NCBI GenBank assembly: GCA_951406725.2
Contig: OX597819.1
Span: forward strand, 114,700,001 to 114,764,000
Reading direction: 5' to 3'
Length of the DNA: 64,000 nucleotides
Source: Octopus vulgaris
Taxonomy: Eukaryota
Shown here in pieces: positions 1-11,681 of this stretch. Every line of letters starts with the position of its first letter. Within the stretch, counting starts at the first letter, position 1. The position numbers and the translations under genes were made by a program. The notes beneath the pieces were generated by a model. The model was not told the origin of the DNA. It was given only the letters and a program-made list of their open reading frames with translations, and made no database searches.

Positions 1-630
1 GTAACCCAGTAGGATGACAAAGTTGACGTTGATATAATTTACATTTAGAACATAAAAAAAAGTACAAGCATTTTACCAAAACTGTTATGATTCCACTAAT
101 CTATCATAATTAACAGCCTAATTAAGTAAAATGAGAGCGTCGACGTTGCTATTGAAGTTTCCTAATTATGTATTTATTTATGAATTACTGATTTGTTAAG
201 TTCTTTTTGTATCTAATTAGTAAGACAAAACAGGATATTTATTAATGTGTAACTTTATTTAAACAGAAACCACACAAGCTATTGCATATTACTTTGATAG
301 CTCTCTCAGGGTGTTTATTTCACATTTTAATTGTATTTGTGTAAGAACTCATCTAAAACAACAGAACAATTTTTGTTCTCCAAGATACATTCTAGGATTA
401 TGGATGATTTTCAGTCTGCTGTTAATACACTAATCAAGTTATTTGCCTACTAGGACATCTCTGAAATTATTGCATAACTGCGTTATATATATATATATAT
501 ATATATATACATACATACACACACACATACACACACACACGCACACATACACACACATTGACACTCACTCACACACACACATGCACATTATACTTACTAA
601 ACTGTAGATAAATTACATACTTGTTTCACC

Positions 631-1611
631 ATGAATGCAACACTATTCACTAATCCAGTTATATTTTCAAGAGTAGTTGTTTTTACCATCATACCTTTCT
701 TCCTAATTACGGGACTTATAGGTAACATGTTTGTGGCATATATTTACACACGTCAATCTCAGAAAAGCAATGTAGAAACATTCATCCTGTTACTAGCAGT
801 CATTGATCTGGTTGGATGTGGCTTTGGAATGCCAATGGAAATGGCTGAACTCTCCTTTAAAATTCAAACAAAGTATTTGTGTAAACTGTACAAGTTCATT
901 ATTTTCAACTGTTATATTATGTCATCCTTCATTCAGTTTACAATTGCTGTTGAACTCTTCAAAAGAATATGCCATCCACTTCGAAAACAAATTCTTACAA
1001 TTGCCATGGAGCGCTTCAGAAAAAAATGCCATCCACTTCGCAAACAGCTTACTCCAAAACTACACCAGATTCTTATAATTTTTATGGCAGTAACATCAGT
1101 TGTAGCATCACTACCGGTTATCTTCTACATTGACACCATGCCATTTTCCCAGGAATTGAAAGCCTATAAAGTCTGTGGTAGTAGTCTTAGTGGGTCTTTT
1201 GTTTGGTCATATGCTGTAGCAGCATTGATTGTTCATGGTATTTTTTTACTGACCATGACTGTGCTTTATTCTTTTATCTGGAACACTATTACTAAGCGTT
1301 TGAAGAAAAAACAAGGTAAAGAAGAAGCTTCCAGACAAGATGGAGTCAACTGCACAAACATTGTACTTTTCTCAATCTCTGTTTTGTATTTTGTCAGTTT
1401 TACACCAACCCTTGTCTTCTGTGTCATATACTCACATTACAATGATTCTAACTTATTACAGATATTTAAAGTAGTTTTATATCGTACTTGGATACTAAAC
1501 TCCTCCTTAAATCCCATAGTGTATGGATTCTGTAACAAAATATTCCAGAAAAGTTTTGTAAATATTTTTATTAGTGGTAAAGGTGACTTTGAAATTGTGG
1601 AGAAATTTTAG
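631..1611 (+). CDS. Intronless rhodopsin-like (class A) orphan GPCR, 326 aa
   Basis: Seven hydrophobic segments; GN in TM1 (GLIGN), LAVID in TM2, Cys at top of TM3, ERF, SLP in TM4, SFTP in TM6, NSSLNPIVY (NPxxY) in TM7; N-terminal NAT sequon; ACCATG start context. Confidence 0.92.
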   Translation: MNATLFTNPVIFSRVVVFTIIPFFLITGLIGNMFVAYIYTRQSQKSNVETFILLLAVIDLVGCGFGMPMEMAELSFKIQTKYLCKLYKFIIFNCYIMSSFIQFTIAVELFKRICHPLRKQILTIAMERFRKKCHPLRKQLTPKLHQILIIFMAVTSVVASLPVIFYIDTMPFSQELKAYKVCGSSLSGSFVWSYAVAALIVHGIFLLTMTVLYSFIWNTITKRLKKKQGKEEASRQDGVNCTNIVLFSISVLYFVSFTPTLVFCVIYSHYNDSNLLQIFKVVLYRTWILNSSLNPIVYGFCNKIFQKSFVNIFISGKGDFEIVEKF

Positions 1612-2049
1612 GATTTGCATTTCAATAGAGAGGAATACTTCCAAGTAGCAAAAACATTTTCTTTGCTGACCATTTCATTTGAAATACATTGGAAGGCTTT
1701 CATTTGAATCTGAACAGTTTAAAATACGTTGACCATTTCCAACTTTTTTTTTTTTTTGTGTGTGTTACATTGAAAAGAACTAATTTTTCCATTATTTTTC
1801 TGATGTTTGGAGAATTACATTTTCCTTCATAAAATTGGAAGGCTTTAATTTAAATCTGAACATTTTAAGACATACTGTTTGTATACTTGACCCAGAGTCA
1901 GTCTAAGGTAGGTTATTGTCAGAAAGGTCTATTAGAACTCCTAAACAGTTTCTCTATTACATATTTATTCTAGTTTCTGTTGTTTTATACTTTCAATAAG
2001 AACATAACTGATATATCTAAGTTCTACTTTAAACTAAAAATTGTGTGGA

Positions 2050-2530
2050 TCCTGAAGTTTCTGAATTACATATTGAATTTTTTTTAAAAAAAAGATACTG
2101 AAAAGTATAAAAGAAATATATGTTATGATTGTTGTCATTATCATTATTGTCATTGTCGCAATAATAAAAGTTTCTGAATTACTTATCAAGAATACTTCGA
2201 AAATGTACTGAATGTTGTTATTTTCAACATCATCGTCATCATAAAATTTTCTAAATCACTTATCAAGTTTAAATTAAAGATACCAAAAAGAAGATATAAA
2301 TGTCTTGTCATTATTATCTTCATTGTTATCCTCCTCTTTCTCATCATCATCATTATCATCATCATCATCTTCATCAGTATCATTATCTTTATCTTCATCA
2401 TCATCATTAATACTTTATCATCATAAAAGTTCCAGAATTACTTATCAAACGTAAGTTGAAAAAATACAAAAAAGAGGAGAAGAATGATTGCCTTATCATC
2501 ATCTTTATTATCATCATCATCAGAACTTTT
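2050..2530. repeat. Degenerate tandem repeat with (ATC)n-rich spacers
   Basis: Core resembling AAAGTTTCTGAATTACTTATCAA recurs near 2056, 2167, 2243 and 2425. Confidence 0.55.
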
Positions 2531-3896
2531 ATATCCACTTTTCCATACTTAGATAAGTTGTATAAATGTTCCCAACACAATATCTTGTCACAAGAGGCTT
2601 CTCTTTGTCCTCTTCTTTGTAAATATCAGCATCCCAAACTCCATCTTCACTATTTCTACTCATATTTTCCACAATTTCATTTCACATGGACCTTCTGGCA
2701 TTCCCTTGATGACTGCATTGTTATGGACATGTTCCTTATGTACATTATATATCTCTACACCAATGCAGTCACTTCTCTTGTACATTTGCAGTTAAAAGAT
2801 ATAGAATAAATCTACTATTTTTTAAAGTAGTTCTAAAACAATTTTTTAAAAAATATATACTTGAATTTTTTTTCTTATAAAAATGTTTGATATTCTTTGA
2901 TGAGCAGAAATTTATTGGTAAAAACCACCAATTCTTCAATCTTGTGTCATCATTAACTACTTTTATACCAATTGAAGAAATAATTATACCAATTGAAGAA
3001 ATAAATCTTCCACATTTATTGTTTGTATTGTTAATGCCTCTTGTTTCTCGTGTTCCAGATACATGTAATATATCAGATTTTAGTTTTGTATGTGTATATT
3101 TGTATTTCATGCATTTAGTTTATGGAAAGTATCCCATGAAGCATGTCTGCTGTACCCTAAGTTTGTTAAGTGCTGTGCACAAAACTCTCTGCCTTTGAGT
3201 AACTTTTTTAACCTTACTGTTGATTTCATACAATGATACATATGTACGTGTGTGTGTGTACACAGACATATGCGTGTCACCTTGTAGCACTCCTGCAACA
3301 ATTTCAAAGAAATATTTATCACCATCTGGAGATTATACCATTGAATATGTGTTTTTCTAGAGCATCATAATGGTTTTTACTGGTATCCTATAAGCTAACA
3401 GTATTTCTTTCATTTTACCTCTATAAATCAAATTGAAGGCTTTGAAAAATATCAATGACTAACAGAACAGCATTTAGGTTTTTAGCTTTCACACCTTCAA
3501 AAATTTTGCAAATGGTTAAGATTTGATTGGTAGATGACCATCCTCTTCAAAAGCCATTTGGATTTTTTCTCAAAGCTTTTTTTAATTTCTAGACATATAC
3601 TGTTAAGCAGCATAGAGTTATAAATTTTTGTAGCTATTGCTATAAAGGTTATTCTTTAGTTTTTTGCCACACCAAGATCTCCCTTTTTAGGAAAATGGAG
3701 AATACAGCACTTAGTCCTTGTATGCAGTGTGTTTCGGCTAATTTTGATTGTTTGCATAAAAGGACATGAAAACACATCCCATCCAAAAATAAAAGTATTT
3801 CAAAACATCAAAAAATATCAACTAGATCTGAGGTTCTTAACCATTTTTCATCTATGGGCCCCTTTATAATTTATAATAATAATAATAATAATAAAT

Positions 3897-4156
3897 GGGT
3901 AAAATGAATTAATTAATCAATTAGTTAATTAGTAATTAATAATTTTACCAAGTAGTTTGTTATGTTAAAATAACCTTTTTGGGTAACATTATACAAATAT
4001 TCTATAATTATAAGCATAATTATAATCAGGGGTTGGCTAATTACTTCACCACACACCGAATTTAGAAATAGCAGTTAAAAAGGCTATTTTAACATATCGA
4101 ACTACTTGGTAAAATTATTAATTATTAATTGATTAATTAATTAATTGACTTTACCC
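3897..4156. mobile_element. MITE/foldback element with about 85 bp terminal inverted repeats
   Basis: GGGTAAAATGAATTAATTAATCAATT...ACCAAGTAGTTTGTTATGTTAAAATAACCTTTT mirrored by AAAAGGCTATTTTAACATATCGAACTACTTGGT...TTTACCC. Confidence 0.75.
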
Positions 4157-4394
4157 TTTTATTATTATTGGAATATAATTTACTCCCTGATTGAAAACTG
4201 CAGTTTCTGCGGGATTACTCGTAACACACGTGGGTTCTGAGGATAAATATGCGTTTTCATTTGGTTGTATATTTTTAGAAGTGCTGGTTAAATATGTATG
4301 CAATGACGCTTGATCGCATACATATTTAATTCTAACACTCTCAAATTTATATTTGAAATGCTGCACTGAAGATGAGAAATAAGGAAGTTAATAT

Positions 4395-4943
4395 TTTAAA
4401 TCGAATTGAACCAGCCAGGATCCCTGGTCTGGTGGTACGTAAAAAGTACTATCCGACTCGTGGCCGATGCCAGCGCCGCCTCCACTGGCTTCCGTGCCGG
4501 TGGCACGTAAAATACACCAATCTGACTGTACGACAGGCACCCATGCCAACCCCCTTGCTTGCGAAGACATGTTGGGGCAAGCGAAATCGAAATCGAATTG
4601 AACCAGCCAAGATCCCTGGTTTGGTGGTACGTAAAAAGCACTATCCGACTCGTGGCCGATGCCAGCACCGCCTCGTCTGGCTTCCGTGCCGGTGGCACAT
4701 AAAATACACCAATCCAACCGTGGCCGTTGCCAGCCTCGCCTGGCACCTGTGCAGGTGGCACGTAAAAAGCACCCACTACACTCACGGAGTGGTTGGCGTT
4801 AGGAAGGGCATCCAAGCTGTAGAAACACTGCCAGATCAGACTGGAGCCTGGTGCAGCCTTCTGGCTTCCCAGATCCCCGGTCGAACCGTCCAACCCATGC
4901 TAGCATGGAGAACGGACGTTAAACGATGATGATGATGATGATG
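4395..4943 (+). mobile_element. RTE-LINE 3' tail fragment
   Basis: GGTGGCACGTAAAAAGCAC repeats, conserved CATGCTAGCATGG terminus and (GAT)n tail shared with the RTE copies at 6101 and 11682; AATAT duplicated at 4390-4394 and 4944-4948. Confidence 0.85.
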
Positions 4944-5157
4944 AATATAACTTTACTTTAACCTCGAAACACGGATGTAGCTTATCTGAGTTGTGTGGAT
5001 TCGTTATTTTTTCTCTTTGTCTACGTAAAAAAAGAGTGTTATTGTGTGGGAGATGTTTATGGTAGTGGAAAAAGTATTTTGACTGCTATTTCTAAATTCG
5101 GTGCATGGCCAAGCAATTAGTTGACTCCTGATTATAATTATGCTTATAATTATACAA

Positions 5158-5552
5158 TAGGAGTGGTTGTGTGGCAAGTAGCTTTCTTACCAAACCACAT
5201 GGTTCCGGGTTCACTCCCACTGCGTGGCACCTTGGGCAAGTGTCTTCTACTATAGCCTCGGGCTGACCAAAGCCTTGTGAGTGAATTTGGTAGACGGAAA
5301 CTGAAAGAAGCCCGTCGTATATATGTATATATATATATATATATATGTGTGTGTTTGTGTGTCTGTGTCTGTTCCCCCAACATCGCTTGACAACCGATGC
5401 TGGTGTGTTTACGTCCCTGAAACTTAGTTTGGCAAAAGAGGCCGATAGAATAAGTACTAGGCTCACAAAGAATAAGTCCTGGGGTTGATTTGCTCAACTG
5501 AAGGTAGTGCTCCAGCATGGCCACAGTCAAATGACTGAAACGAGTAAAAGAG
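5158..5552 (+). mobile_element. tRNA-derived SINE, family B
   Basis: Head GGAGTGGTTGTGTGGCAAGTAGC...GGTTCCGGGTTCA, internal (TA)n/(TG)n, tail CAGTCAAATGACTGAAAC; near-identical copies at 30929 and 44045. Confidence 0.8.
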
Positions 5553-6059
5553 TATATATATATATATATATATGTCAGTTATTTTCTCGCCTCCTGACAA
5601 TTTTCCTCTTCTACTATTTTTTTCTCTTGTATTTATTCTGTATCCTTTCAGAATTTCTCCCAGGCATTACCCATTACAATGTGCCTTGGCCTAATGGCCC
5701 TTAATGTTTGCCTTCATTGATTGTTTACTCAGTACATCCACTCTGTCGTTGTTTGTTTGTTTGAAGATCTAACTCTCCAGAAATTTTAGATTTTAAAAAT
5801 ATTTGGATGCTGTTGTTTTATGAAGTCCTCCTATATTGTCGTTGAAAGCTTGAAATAAGGAGTAATTAACAGTCGACAACTGAGGAGGAGTGAGACTTCT
5901 TTTAGCATTTTGTCCCATTCTTGTCTCATTATGTGCTTATGTATTTTTCACTTGTTGGTGGTGCCCCATTCTTATTGTATTTTTTTGGTAATTCATCCTG
6001 TACTTATCACTCATGTGTCTACATAATTTTCACTGATTGGTGATGTCCTGTACTTGATG

Positions 6060-6095
<36 letters not shown>

Positions 6096-6100
6096 TCATC

Positions 6101-7512
6101 CAGGGAGAAAAACTAGAAGTAGTTGATAGCTTCCGCTACCTAGGTGACCAAGTCAGTAGCGGGGGCGGGTGTGCTGAAAGTGTAACTGCTAGAGTAAGAA
6201 TAGCCTGGGCAAAGTTTAGAGAACTCTTACTCCTGCTGGTGACAAAAAGCCTCTCGCTCAAAGTAAAAGGCAGACTGTATGATGCATGTGTACGTACAGC
6301 CATGCTACATGGTAGTGAAACTTGGGCTGTGACTGCTGAGGATTTGCGTAAGCTCGCAAGAAATGAAGCTAGTATGCTCCGTTGGATGTGTAATGTCAGT
6401 GTTCATAGTCGACAGAGTGTAAGTACCTTGAGAGAAAAGTTGGACCTAAGAGGCATCAGATGTTGTGTGCAAGAGAGACGATTGCGCTGGTATGGTCATG
6501 TGGCGAGAATGGATGAAGATAGGTGTGTGAAAAAGTGCCACACCCTGGCAGTTGAGGGGACCTGTGGAAGAGGCAGACCCAGGAAAACCTGGGTCAAGGT
6601 GGTGAAGCACGACCTTCGAACTCTAGGTCTCACCAAAGAAATGACCAGAGACCGAGACCTATGGAAGTATACTGTGCGTCAGAAGTCCCGGCAAGACCAG
6701 TGAGAACAATCAAAATCAAATCATATATCAGAAAGCAGTGGTTAAGTGAACCATCCATTCGTGTCCGCTGCCAGCCTCATCTGGCACCCGTGTCGGTGAT
6801 ACGTAAAAGCACCATTCGCTCGTGGCCGTTTGCCAGCTCTGTCTGGCCCCCGTGTCGGTGGCACGTAAAGCACCATCCGTTCGTGTCCGTTGCCAGCCTC
6901 GCCTGGCCCCGTGCCGGTGACACGTAAAAGCACCATCCATTCGTAGCCGTTTGCCAACTCTGTCTGGCCCCTGTGTCGGTGGCACGTAAAAGCACCATCT
7001 GTTCGTGTCCGTTGCCAGCCTCGCCTGGCCCCCGTGCCGGTGACACGTAAAAGCACCGTCCGTTCGTGGCCGTTTGCCAGCTCTGTCTGGGCACGTAAAA
7101 GCACCATCCATTCGTGTCCATTGCCAGCCTCGCCTGGCTCCCGTGCCAGTGACACGTAAAAGCACTGTCTGTTCATGGCCGTTTGCCAGCTCTGTCTGGC
7201 CCCGTGTCGGTGGCACGTAAAAGCACCATCCGTTCGTGTCCATTGCCAGCATCGCCTGGCCCTGTGCCGGTGACACGAAAAAGCACCATCCGTTCGTGGC
7301 CGTTTGCCAGCTCTGTCTGGCACCTGTGCAGGTGGCACGTAAAAAACACCCACTACACTCACGGAGTGGTTGGCGTTAGGAAGGGCATCCAGCCGTAGAA
7401 ACACTGCCAAATCTGACTGGGCCTGATGAAGCCTTCCAGCTTCACAGACCCCAGTTGAACCGTCCAACTCATGCTAGCATGGAAAGCAGACGCTAAATGA
7501 TGATGATGATGA
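6101..7512 (+). mobile_element. 5'-truncated RTE-clade LINE: RT C-terminus plus 3' UTR with minisatellite
   Basis: ORF KVKGRLYDACVRTAMLHGSETWAV...RRLRWYGHVARM...GRGRPRKTW is typical of the RTE C-terminus; ends in (GAT)n. Confidence 0.9.
6750..7345 (+). repeat. Minisatellite of about ten 57-60 bp units, alternating two variants
   Basis: GCACCATCCGTTCGTGGCCGTTTGCCAGCTCTGTCTGG... alternates with GCACCATCCGTTCGTGTCCGTTGCCAGCCTCGCCTGG..., each unit ending CACGTAAAA. Confidence 0.9.
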
Positions 7513-7651
7513 TCATCATCATCGTTTAACGTCCGCTTTCTATGCTAGCATGGGTTGAACGATTTCGATTGAGCACTGGCAAACCAGATGGCTGCACCAG
7601 GCTCCAATCTTGATTTAGCAGAGTTTCTACAGCTGGATGCCCTTCCTAACG

Positions 7652-7695
<44 letters not shown>

Positions 7696-7698
<3 letters not shown>

Positions 7699-8061
7699 GT
7701 GAAATAGAAAGATGAATAATCTTGTAGTAGATTAATCAAAAGTTTAACCGATACCTTAGTAGCAAAAATCACAGCAGTAAAACAGCACGGTTGGAGGTAC
7801 AACCATATGGTGTTGCAACCGTGCGTTGGTGCGGATAATTGAAATTAGAACATTATTGGTGAATTGAAGAAATGGAGCTGAACGCAGATTGAACAGAAAT
7901 CGTTTTATTTCATTCTACACGTGTTTCGAAAGGCACAAATTACCAAAATCCGATGGAATAATGGGACCATATTGTGTCTTTCTCTTCAGGAAGAAAATAG
8001 GAAATCCGTTGGAAAAACAAAAACAGAACAGAGGCGGAGCAAAAACAAATCGAACTATGCT

Positions 8062-8064
<3 letters not shown>
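7696..8064 (-). mobile_element. Non-autonomous Penelope-like/retrozyme-like insertion within (TA)n
   Basis: About 370 bp unique segment bounded on both sides by (TA)n and carrying a hammerhead motif, a known trait of Penelope-like element termini. Confidence 0.55.
7908..7996 (-). ncRNA. Type I hammerhead ribozyme
   Basis: Minus strand: stem I UUUCUUC, core CUGAAGA, stem II GAAAGACACAA/UUGUGCCUUUC, GAAAC, palindromic stem III, GUA cleavage triplet, stem I partner GAAUGAAA. Confidence 0.75.
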
Positions 8065-8102
<38 letters not shown>

Positions 8103-8984
8103 TGTAAAAACCCGTGTAATTTATGCTCTCTTTTAGCAAAAACAAAAATAAACTTTAGGGGGTGCATAAAGTACATGAGTAGATCATTTCTAGAATTTCT
8201 TTAGAAATTGTTTCTGTTGCATAATGATGTACATATGTAAACATCTGTTCCAGAAGTTGACTCATTTAATGTCAGAATAGGTTTTTACAGAAAAAATATA
8301 ATGAAGTTGACTTTTATTTATGCTGGTTGGTATAATGCTTTTTTTTTCTGTATAAATTTACTAAAACTTTTAAATGATGACTACTTTCTGAACTTTGATG
8401 TTTATGCTGGTAACCATGGTCTGGGCCATGTTTTACTGCATCTAACACCAATGACAACATCATAATTCATCCTTACACATGTAAATTCACTAAGTGAATA
8501 TGACTTAGCATTCCTATTGAAACCTTCATTTACCTTATACGATGTTTAATGTCATTTCACATTCATATTGAATTATGCAGCAATCTTATGTTCTCTTCAT
8601 AGAATATTTGTATTGTATGTGTTACCAGTTCTTTTGGTATAATAGATTTTTGCTATTCATGTCTATGTCTCCTCACAGGCGTGTATATTCTAGCAAGTTG
8701 CTTCATAAATTTCACACCTCTCTTGTTCAGTAAACACTGAGTTGAACTTGAAAAGCTGTTTATTTTCTCCTTTTGATTTTTAATGTTTATTTTAGCAGCT
8801 TACCAAACTATCAGTTTGGTTGCCCAGCTAAAACAGTAATGAAAAATTTTAAAGTTTGCTTGACATTTTATAAGTGTGAAAGGGATTAAAATTTCAATAC
8901 TCTGTATCAAAGGTTCCTTCAAGAATAGGTGAAAAATCAGAGCTTGAGACAAAAAGACAGTTTTGACCAATCAGATAATAAAGC

Positions 8985-9925
8985 AGGCTGCCCCTAGAAG
9001 CTCCTCTATGCTGTTGACTTTGTTCTTATAGATGAATCACTACCAAAACTAGAGAAGAAGTTCCAAGTATGGAAGCAAGATCTAGAATCAAAGGACCTTA
9101 GAGTTAACCTAGCAAAAACTAAAGTTTTAGTATGTTGGCAAGCAGACAAATCACAAACCCCTTCGGGTAGATGGCCCCGCTTGATTTGTAGAAAAAGCGT
9201 AGGTAGAAACTCCATACGATGTACCCAGTGTAAGCATAAGAGGTACAGCAATATCAGAGGAAGGTTAACAGAGAAAATAGCTTTTGTATGTGGAAGATGC
9301 ACAGGTGCAATAAACACCGAAATTGTACAGAAAATAGACTCCATCAACTACCAGCAGGGTAAACTAGAGGTAGTAGATAGCTTCCGTTATCTAGATGACC
9401 AAGTTAGTAGCAGAGGTGGATGCTCTGAGAGCATATCTATGAGAATAAGATTAGGCTAGGCAAAGTTCAAAGAACTTTTGCCTCTGCTAATAACAAAGGG
9501 CCTCTCTCTCAGAGTGAAAGGCAGATTGTATGATGTCTGTGTATGAACAGTTATGCTGCACGGCAGTGAAACGTGAACTGTGACAGCCAAGGAAATGCAT
9601 AGGCTTGAAAGAAATGAGGCCAGATTGGTAGATGAAAGTCATCCTGGTGAAGCAGCTGAAGTGTCATCTGAGGCTTGAAAGGGCACTGTGTTGTCAACAC
9701 AGGACATAAGTTGGGGCTTGGTCAACCCCACCTGGGTTACCTAGGTGAGGGTCTCTGAACAAAAATGATGTGTAAACCTTGAAAGAAATGAGGCCAGTAT
9801 GTCAGTGTGCATGTTCAACAGAGTGTAAGCATCTTGAGAAAAGGGGTGGGCATAAGAGGCATCAGAAGTAGTGTACGAGAGAGACAACTGCGCTGGTATG
9901 GTCATGTGATGCATAGGGATGATAA
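8985..9925 (+). mobile_element. Decayed RTE LINE RT fragment
   Basis: Same family as 6101 and 63049 (LEVVDSFRYLDDQVSS, CTQCKHKR); frameshifts and stops. Confidence 0.85.
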
Positions 9926-9959
9926 ATTCTGCTGAGGAAAATTGAGTTACCAGCTTACG

Positions 9960-10640
9960 CATTGTATCCAAAGAGAGAAACCTTGGAGTCCATCTTCAGT
10001 AGCTATCCAAAAGGCCTGGGAGAGGGGTGCTACCACTGGCAACATAACTAGGTTTTGAAGGTCACAGCAGACACCATCCAAACAGAGATTAGACATTGCG
10101 AGCACCTCTACTCAATTAAGAAGTTTATCACCTTTGTCAAGGAAAGCACGAAGAAGATGCCAAGTGCTAGATCTACCTCCTTGGACCTACTTGCAACAAC
10201 AAAAGATTGGTAGATGAAACTCATCCTGATGAAGCAGCTGAAGTGCACGGAAACAGTCACCTCAAAAGATGAGGTACTGATCTCAGAAGCTTCCAAGCAG
10301 GCGGTTCTATTAGAACTCTCCATTTCTTGGAAGACGACTTTGAAGAGGCAAATGAGCTTAAGAGAAAGAAATATGCTAAGCCGCTGGGTCTATGCCAAAG
10401 TAATGAGTGGTAGGTAAGGTGTGATTCAATAAAGGTGGAATGCAGAGTATTTTGAGGTCACCCTCTGCAGAGTATACATCATACTTAGTGTCACAATAGG
10501 AGATTGATGGAAGGACCTCAGGCTGGTTGTAGAGGCAGCAGAGGTTGAGAAAAGGTATTTGCAGACCAGACCATCTGAGGTCGGAAAGGGCACTGTGCTA
10601 TCAAGAATTGTGCTAACAAAATTGATGTGTAAGCTCATGA
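9960..10640 (+). mobile_element. Decayed RLE-bearing non-LTR retrotransposon 3' part (Hero/NeSL-like)
   Basis: Remnant reading ALGEGCYHWQHN...VLISEASKQAVLLELSISW...ANELKRKKY...VECR resembles the restriction-like endonuclease of Hero-type elements. Confidence 0.6.
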
Positions 10641-10709
10641 ACCATTCTGCTCTGTGAAGCATTCCCCATACTTTAATACCCTCCCTCATCCCCCCTCTCT
10701 CTCTCTCTC

Positions 10710-11020
10710 TAAACCAGATATTGTGAAAGACCAAAACAATGAAATCTGTTTATTGATTGACATGAGCATACTTTGCGATCATATTTTCTCAGCGAAAGAA
10801 TTTGATAAGCTCAGAAAATATAAAGATTTACTGATCAAAGTCAAAAAAATCTGACATCTCAAGATGTTTACAATACCAGTGATTGTAGGATCACTTGGAA
10901 TGATCAAAAAGGGAACTGAAAATTAGTTGAGGATAATGCCTGGCTTACCATCATGTAGAAAGTGTAAAAGATTGTCTTAACTGGTACGTCACATGTATTG
11001 AGAAGAACATTGTGACTGTG
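10710..11020 (+). mobile_element. RLE domain fragment of R4/Dong-like non-LTR element
   Basis: KPDIV...CLLIDMSI...KEFDKLRKYKDL...IPVIVGSLG is a PD-(D/E)xK signature. Confidence 0.75.
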
Positions 11021-11245
11021 AATTTTCTTTCTTTTTCCCCTTTTATTTTCTTTGTTCTCTTTTTCTTTTTTTCCTTCTTTCCTTTTTCTCTCTGTCTTTC
11101 TTCCCCTTTTTATATCACATGACTTTGTAAATGAACAATCTGGTATGTTTATTTTAATGGCCTACCAATGTATACAGTGAGCTTTTTTACCCTAGGTACT
11201 GGGAAAACACGCAGCAAGAAATGGTAACAAAATTGAAAGAAGGCG

Positions 11246-11291
<46 letters not shown>

Positions 11292-11681
11292 TAATAATAA
11301 TAATCATAATAATCCTTTCTACAATAGGCACAAGGCCTGAAATTTGAGGGGTAAGGGATAGTTGATGACATCGAACCCAGTGTTTTATTGGTACTTAATT
11401 TATCAACACCAAAAGGATGAAAGGCAAAGCTGACCTCAGCAGAATTTGAACTGAGAACATAAAGATGGATAAAATGCTGCTAAGCATTTTGCCCAGCACA
11501 CTAATGATTCTGCCAGCTCACCAATCCTTTTTACTAAAGGTACTAGGCCTGGAATTGTGGAAGAAGGGAATAGTCAATTACATTGATTCTAGTATTTTAC
11601 TGATACTTAATTTATCAACTCCCCCTCCCCTAAGGATGAAAGGCAAATTTGACCTCGGCAGAATTTGAACCCAGACTGTGA

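Noticed and set aside
2540-2790. Minus-strand Cys-containing reading (MYKRSDCIGVEIY...CEMKLW) suggesting a decayed exon
   Set aside because: Short, frameshifted, no recognisable family or splice support.
4372-4929. Long ORFs over RTE tails (also 6728-7467, 17709-18167, 55112-55578)
   Set aside because: Open frames are by-products of GC-rich tandem units; no protein signature.
5810-5900. Possible further hammerhead remnant
   Set aside because: Core too degraded to fold convincingly.
6750-7345. CRISPR-like regular array
   Set aside because: Units repeat along their whole length with no unique spacers, sit inside an RTE 3' UTR, and the DNA is eukaryotic with no cas genes.
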